Source: an uncultured Synergistota bacterium
Lineage (GTDB): Bacteria; Synergistota; JAGHAJ01
NCBI GenBank assembly: GCA_964559865.1
Contig: CAZLJD010000041.1
Coordinates: 10,343-74,342, forward strand
Direction: 5' to 3'
Length of the DNA stretch: 64,000 nt
In this document: positions 59,354 through 64,000 of the stretch, piece by piece
Position numbering within the stretch: the stretch's first letter is position 1
Layout of the letters: each line of letters begins with the position of its first letter
Notes under the pieces: generated by a model
What the model saw: only the letters and a program-made list of their open reading frames with translations
Databases searched by the model: none
Told to the model about the DNA's origin: nothing
Position numbers and translations under genes: made by a program

Positions 59354-60602
59354 TAACCCACTCCGTCAAGTAGGAGCTTTTTGCAATCACTCTACCGCTC
59401 CTTATGACATACAACACAGGAGGTCTCAAGCGAAACGCCTCAGAAATCGTATAAGCCTGGATAATATTTAGATCTGCTTTAGCACCCTTTCTCAGTCCGT
59501 AATCCTTAAGTCCGAGTATCCTGGCAGAATTGTGAGTAATCATATCGAAAACAATCTCTATGGTATTACTACTGTTATACTGTGCACCATAAGCCAGCAA
59601 CAAACCGTAGTCGAGAGGGTTCCCTGTCCCGTAAAGATGAAAACCATCACATATAGTATCCTGGGCTGTTGCCACATTTATTCCCATTTCAACGAGTTCT
59701 CGTACCCTTGTCAAACCACGCGTCCGTGGTTCTTCGTCTACCCCCATTATAGCCAAAACACCCGGATTAACACAAACATTAAAGTCAACAAGCTTCAGCA
59801 GTTCCATTACTTTCTCCGCATAGTGCTTATCCTGATAGGCCAGAGATGTACAATGCCCGCCAGTTACCCGACCTTCGTACCCATATTCCATAGATTTAAG
59901 AGCTGTATACTCCAAAGACCTTGCAGAAGGGTCTTTTGTCTGATCCATATGCATATCAATGTCTGCATCATACTTCCTAGCAATCTCAAATACCAAATCT
60001 ACATGCTTCTTCGACAGTTCACTACTCCACTCTGCAGCAGGCATACCACCAACAACATCCGCCCCCATGTCCATCGCTTCCCACAGCAGCCTCTCCGTTC
60101 CGGGGTCTTTAAATATGCCCTCCTGAGGGAAGGCTACTATCTGAATATCAGCTATCTCCTTTGTAGCTTCCTTCGCCTTTAAAACCCCTTGTAAGGGGGT
60201 CAAACCTCCAATTGTATCAACATCAACATTGGCCCTGATCTTCGTGCAACCGAACCTCACAGATTCCTTTATCGCCTTTATAGCTCTCTGTTTGACATCC
60301 TCAACCGTATAGTTCCTTTTAATATCATGCATAATCTTTATGGATTCCTCGAGGGTCTCAGACTCACTAAATCTACCATCGCAGGCAGTAAACACCTTAT
60401 CAAGGTGTAGATGAGGGTCAACAAAGGTAGGGGTAATTAGATAGCCATTGGCATCTATAACTTCAGAATCATCATCTACCTCCACGTGCTCCTCACCTAT
60501 ATACTCTATCACCCCATCTTCAATCACAATATCTACCAAATTCCCAAACCCCTTAGCTCTCCCACCCCTAATAATGAGCCTCATCTTCATCCCCCTTCGC
60601 AC
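59346..60602 (-). CDS. Cytosine-deaminase-like amidohydrolase
   Basis: TPTFVDPHLHLDK metal-binding motif; 418 aa. Confidence 0.75.
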   Translation of the reverse strand: MRRGMKMRLIIRGGRAKGFGNLVDIVIEDGVIEYIGEEHVEVDDDSEVIDANGYLITPTFVDPHLHLDKVFTACDGRFSESETLEESIKIMHDIKRNYTVEDVKQRAIKAIKESVRFGCTKIRANVDVDTIGGLTPLQGVLKAKEATKEIADIQIVAFPQEGIFKDPGTERLLWEAMDMGADVVGGMPAAEWSSELSKKHVDLVFEIARKYDADIDMHMDQTKDPSARSLEYTALKSMEYGYEGRVTGGHCTSLAYQDKHYAEKVMELLKLVDFNVCVNPGVLAIMGVDEEPRTRGLTRVRELVEMGINVATAQDTICDGFHLYGTGNPLDYGLLLAYGAQYNSSNTIEIVFDMITHNSARILGLKDYGLRKGAKADLNIIQAYTISEAFRLRPPVLYVIRSGRVIAKSSYLTEWVNE

Positions 60603-61348
60603 TCATTCATCTTATCTCTTATCAGTTTTTCCACATAGTTTAAATGCTCCCTCATAGCATGCATAGCCCCATCGGGGTCATGCTCTTTTATAGCCTGAAG
60701 TATTCTCTTGTGCTGAACATTAAACTTCCTCATCGTACCCACATCCGAAACCAAAGCTGTCCGCGTATTCTTTATGTGGAAATCCATTGCCTCAGATATA
60801 GCCATCATAACATCATAAAGCACCCTATTACCACTTGCCCTGGCAATGGCATAGTGAAAGTTTCTATCCGCTTTTATGCAGGAATCATCATATCCCGCCC
60901 TTTCATCCATAACTCTCACATACTCTTCAAGGAGCTTTATATCCTCTGCAGTTGCCCGCTCCGACGCAAGCCTCGCACAGTCTACCTCTAAAACCCGCCT
61001 TAGCTCCACTAACTCTTCCACGATATTATCCTCCAGCATAAGTATCAAAGAAAGTGGGTGCAACAAGTTGTTCCCATCTGCCTGTTTTATAAATGTACCT
61101 TCTCCGGGTCTGCTTTCGATGATACCCACCATCTCGAGGGCACTAAACGCTTCCCTTATAGAGGCCCGACTGACATTCAGCTTTTGTTTTAACTCTCTTT
61201 CAGAAGGTAGCTTATCGCCCCTTTTAAGCTCACCTCGGTATATCATTTCTTCTATCTGCTTAACTATACGCATGTACAGCCGGCGCTCTTCTATAGGTTG
61301 AAAATCTGCCATTACTCTATCCTCCACAACTTCCCAAGATATCCACAA
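60587..61348 (-). CDS. GntR-family transcriptional regulator (FadR/FCD subfamily)
   Basis: N-terminal HTH KLPSERELKQKLNVSRASIREAFSALE and a C-terminal FCD domain. The true start is probably the M of MADFQ. Confidence 0.85.
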   Translation of the reverse strand: MWISWEVVEDRVMADFQPIEERRLYMRIVKQIEEMIYRGELKRGDKLPSERELKQKLNVSRASIREAFSALEMVGIIESRPGEGTFIKQADGNNLLHPLSLILMLEDNIVEELVELRRVLEVDCARLASERATAEDIKLLEEYVRVMDERAGYDDSCIKADRNFHYAIARASGNRVLYDVMMAISEAMDFHIKNTRTALVSDVGTMRKFNVQHKRILQAIKEHDPDGAMHAMREHLNYVEKLIRDKMNECEGG

Positions 61349-61476
61349 AACATTCTACCATCACAGAAATGAAAGCTCAATACTCAATAAGACAGAAATT
61401 CACCTTCTAAACCCTCTCCGCTCCCACTCCACTCAGGACTGTAATCCATTCAATCCAACATAGAGAACCACACGCA

Positions 61477-62181
61477 TTATAGGAGTATCCCTATCCTCCT
61501 TATCTTGGGAAGCTCAGGCTGAACCTTGGAATAAAAGACTGCACAAGTCGCAGGGCCCGCACTCTTACCAAGCCAGTGCTCCACCCTATCCGGTACAAAC
61601 CTCAGACCACTATTCTCAGCTAATAGCTCAGCCTCCCGTAGCACACCCTTCGATCCCACAGGAATAACCTCACCAACATCACTGAGCTTCAAAAGATTTA
61701 CCAAGTCATCAAATTCCATAGCCTCATGGAGCCTCTGCAGATACTCCACCCCAACAAGGGGCGTACCAAGAAGATAAACCCCATAACCGGGTGCAGCACC
61801 ACCTACTCTTAAACTTCTTGCAAACCCTACGACACTCACGCCCATTCCAGTCTGCACAGTAGGAAAGTTCTTTTCCGTCGATACTACAATATCTACATCG
61901 GTAAATTTCTCTCCCAAAAACTTTTTAACCAAATCAATAGCAGAAGCTACATATCCCGAAGAGTTACAAAATGAAAGTCCCACACTTAACGGCCTTGCTC
62001 CTAAAGAGAGGTTTTCTACAAGCGCCACCTTCAAAGTAACGAGAGCAACAAAATTCATCTCTACCTTCAAGTTATCATATTCAAGGCTACCCACCCCACC
62101 AACAGAATCACATGTGTGAACGATATAGCCATCACCAAATCTGACGATAGCAGCATCTCTATGCATGCTTACCATCCCCAA
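61477..62181 (-). CDS. Uncharacterized protein in the cobinamide-salvage operon (possible CbiZ-like adenosylcobinamide amidohydrolase)
   Basis: 234 aa, translationally coupled to cobD and cbiB. Family assignment is tentative. Confidence 0.35.
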   Translation of the reverse strand: MGMVSMHRDAAIVRFGDGYIVHTCDSVGGVGSLEYDNLKVEMNFVALVTLKVALVENLSLGARPLSVGLSFCNSSGYVASAIDLVKKFLGEKFTDVDIVVSTEKNFPTVQTGMGVSVVGFARSLRVGGAAPGYGVYLLGTPLVGVEYLQRLHEAMEFDDLVNLLKLSDVGEVIPVGSKGVLREAELLAENSGLRFVPDRVEHWLGKSAGPATCAVFYSKVQPELPKIRRIGILL

Positions 62182-63148
62182 AATCCAATATACCCAACTC
62201 CCTTAGAGCAGAGAAAAGCCTATCATTTTCCTCCTTCTTCCTCACCGAAACCCTTATCATGTTCGGCAGTCCAAAAGAGCTACAATCTCTCACATGCACA
62301 CCAAGACTGTCAAGCTTCTTTTGAATTTTAGTAGCATTTTCAACTCGGATAACACCAAAGTTTGCATCTGTCTTCATACCAAGGTCAACAAATCTCTTTC
62401 TCTCTTTCCACACCAACGGTAAGCTCCTTTTAAGAAAAGTACCGTCATCTCTTAAAAGGTATCTTAAGAACAAAAAGCCACATGCTCCTATCCCCCAGGG
62501 TGCCCTATACCTTTTAAAAAGCTCATACTTCTCAGTCTTTACGTATCCTACCCTTATGCCAGGTATCCCATAGGACTTGGTAAAACTCCTCACTTTTATG
62601 GTTCTCGGAGTACCTATATCCTTATAACCCCTAACAAAATCCCTAAATGCCTCATCGACTATAACAGTGACTCCCATACTTTCAAGCTTCCTGATCCATT
62701 CTCCAGACTCCTCAGGAACAACCCTACCAGTCGGATTGTTTGGATTGGAGAAGATAATAACCACCCTCTTTCTCAACTTAGCAAGCCTTTCTGCCACCCA
62801 AAATGCGTCCTCAAAAGACGCAAGTGTCCACACCCTATGCACATTAGCAGAGCAAAACGATGCTACTCTTTCAAACTCCCCGTAAGAGGGTAGCGGTATC
62901 ACAACATCTGCATCCTTCATAATGGTAAAACCTATTATTTGAAATGCCTCTGTTGCACCAGCTACTATAGCCACATCTTCACCAAAGCGCAATCTAAACT
63001 CATCCTCTACCCACTTTACATGGTTGTACTTCACCGCCCTCCTTCTACACTCATCAAATAGATTATCCTTCCAGTCAGGCGTATAGGGATTAACAGATAT
63101 GGAAAAATCTATAAGCCAATCTGCATCTATCCCACCGTGAAACTCCAC
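62159..63148 (-). CDS. cobD: L-threonine-O-3-phosphate decarboxylase (CobD; PLP aminotransferase fold)
   Basis: SNPNNPTG and SFTKSYGIPGIRVGY motifs. Confidence 0.8.
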   Translation of the reverse strand: MEFHGGIDADWLIDFSISVNPYTPDWKDNLFDECRRRAVKYNHVKWVEDEFRLRFGEDVAIVAGATEAFQIIGFTIMKDADVVIPLPSYGEFERVASFCSANVHRVWTLASFEDAFWVAERLAKLRKRVVIIFSNPNNPTGRVVPEESGEWIRKLESMGVTVIVDEAFRDFVRGYKDIGTPRTIKVRSFTKSYGIPGIRVGYVKTEKYELFKRYRAPWGIGACGFLFLRYLLRDDGTFLKRSLPLVWKERKRFVDLGMKTDANFGVIRVENATKIQKKLDSLGVHVRDCSSFGLPNMIRVSVRKKEENDRLFSALRELGILDFGDGKHA

Positions 63149-63993
63149 TGCATCACCCCCACAATCAAACAGAAGAACCCAACTATTATAATTACCGAAA
63201 AGACATACAGCTTAAGCCCCCTCTCTATGTCAGCGACCGTTGGTTCTCTTCCATCAAACCTGTACGCTCCCTCTTTTTCAAACCACACCCCCAACACCCC
63301 GCTAAATGCACTCATCGGATAGGCTGCATTAACCTTCACACGGGCATATCTTTTCATGGAAGAAAACGCCTTTGAAGGTGAAAAGAGGGAAAACACAACA
63401 GCTGTTAACCTCGATGGTACGAAGTTCAGAAAGTCGTCAAACCTCGCAGAAGGTTTACCAAACCACTCATACCTCTCATTTCTGTAGCCAATCATTGCAT
63501 CGAGAGTATTAACTACCCTGTACACAACTGCCCCCGGTAATCCAAAAAGCATGTAGAAAAAAAGCGGAGCTGTTATTGAATCAGATACATTCTCAGACAA
63601 ACTCTCAATAGCAGCAGATACAAGGTGGGGGATATCCAACCTTGAGACATCTCTACTAACAATGCAGGAAACAGCGCCTCGAAGTACTTCTATATCATCA
63701 GTGGCGCAGTTAGAGACATGAACATAAAGAGACCTTATAGAAAAAGTGGACTTTAACATGTACACTTGCAACATAAAACCCCAGATGCCATCTAACTTGG
63801 ACAAAACTATAGCCAAATACCCCCACAGAATTACATCAACCCCAAGAAGGAAAACGCCGAGAGAAAACCTAACCATTCGGCTATCAGAACCCATATCGAA
63901 GAGTTTAGAAATCCTCCCCATCCACACAACGGGGTGAAAAAGCTCCGGCCATTCACCAAAAACGAGATCTATCCCTACTGCAGTAAGCAACAC
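63127..63993 (-). CDS. cbiB: Adenosylcobinamide-phosphate synthase (CbiB/CobD membrane protein)
   Basis: N-terminus MLLTAVGIDLVFGEWPELFHPVVWMG, polytopic. Confidence 0.85.
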   Translation of the reverse strand: MLLTAVGIDLVFGEWPELFHPVVWMGRISKLFDMGSDSRMVRFSLGVFLLGVDVILWGYLAIVLSKLDGIWGFMLQVYMLKSTFSIRSLYVHVSNCATDDIEVLRGAVSCIVSRDVSRLDIPHLVSAAIESLSENVSDSITAPLFFYMLFGLPGAVVYRVVNTLDAMIGYRNERYEWFGKPSARFDDFLNFVPSRLTAVVFSLFSPSKAFSSMKRYARVKVNAAYPMSAFSGVLGVWFEKEGAYRFDGREPTVADIERGLKLYVFSVIIIVGFFCLIVGVMQWSFTVG

Positions 63994-64000
63994 AAAAAGG

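Noticed and set aside
1-64000. CRISPR arrays, IS elements, integrases and prophage genes
   Set aside because: No direct-repeat/spacer periodicity, no transposase-like or recombinase-like ORFs and no terminal inverted repeats were seen in any intergenic region. The intergenic regions are all short, 216 nt or less.

Overview
This is a compact, about 40% GC thermophile-style bacterial segment. It is almost entirely coding, with many 1–25 nt gene overlaps and several zero-gap convergent gene ends. Local synteny is Firmicutes-like. No CRISPR array, IS element, integrase or prophage gene was seen.

Main contents, in order:
- A complete A/V-type ATPase operon (G-C-I-K-F-E-A-B-D), followed with only a 32-nt gap by a translationally coupled sbcD-sbcC-nurA-herA-comB-like block, which is an archaeal-type end-resection module.
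- A LysM/M23 peptidase gene, an M20 amidohydrolase gene and tRNA-Pro(CGG).
- A five-gene operon of exported proteins built from a CsgG-family pore protein plus three LPP20 (FlgP/FlgT-like) proteins. No flagellar structural genes are visible in the window. This is the strongest candidate for an undescribed system.
- Two Opp/Dpp-type ABC importers, the second attached to an amidohydrolase/deacetylase/GntR catabolic island.
- A roughly 9-kb unidirectional block running aminotransferase-nrdJ-X-sepF-yggT-divIVA-DUF167-recG-rsmD-coaD.
- The rpsB-tsf-pyrH-frr operon, tilS, and at the 3' end a cobinamide-salvage mini-operon (cbiB-cobD-X).

All calls are from reading the translated ORFs and the raw sequence. 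No database searches were run.
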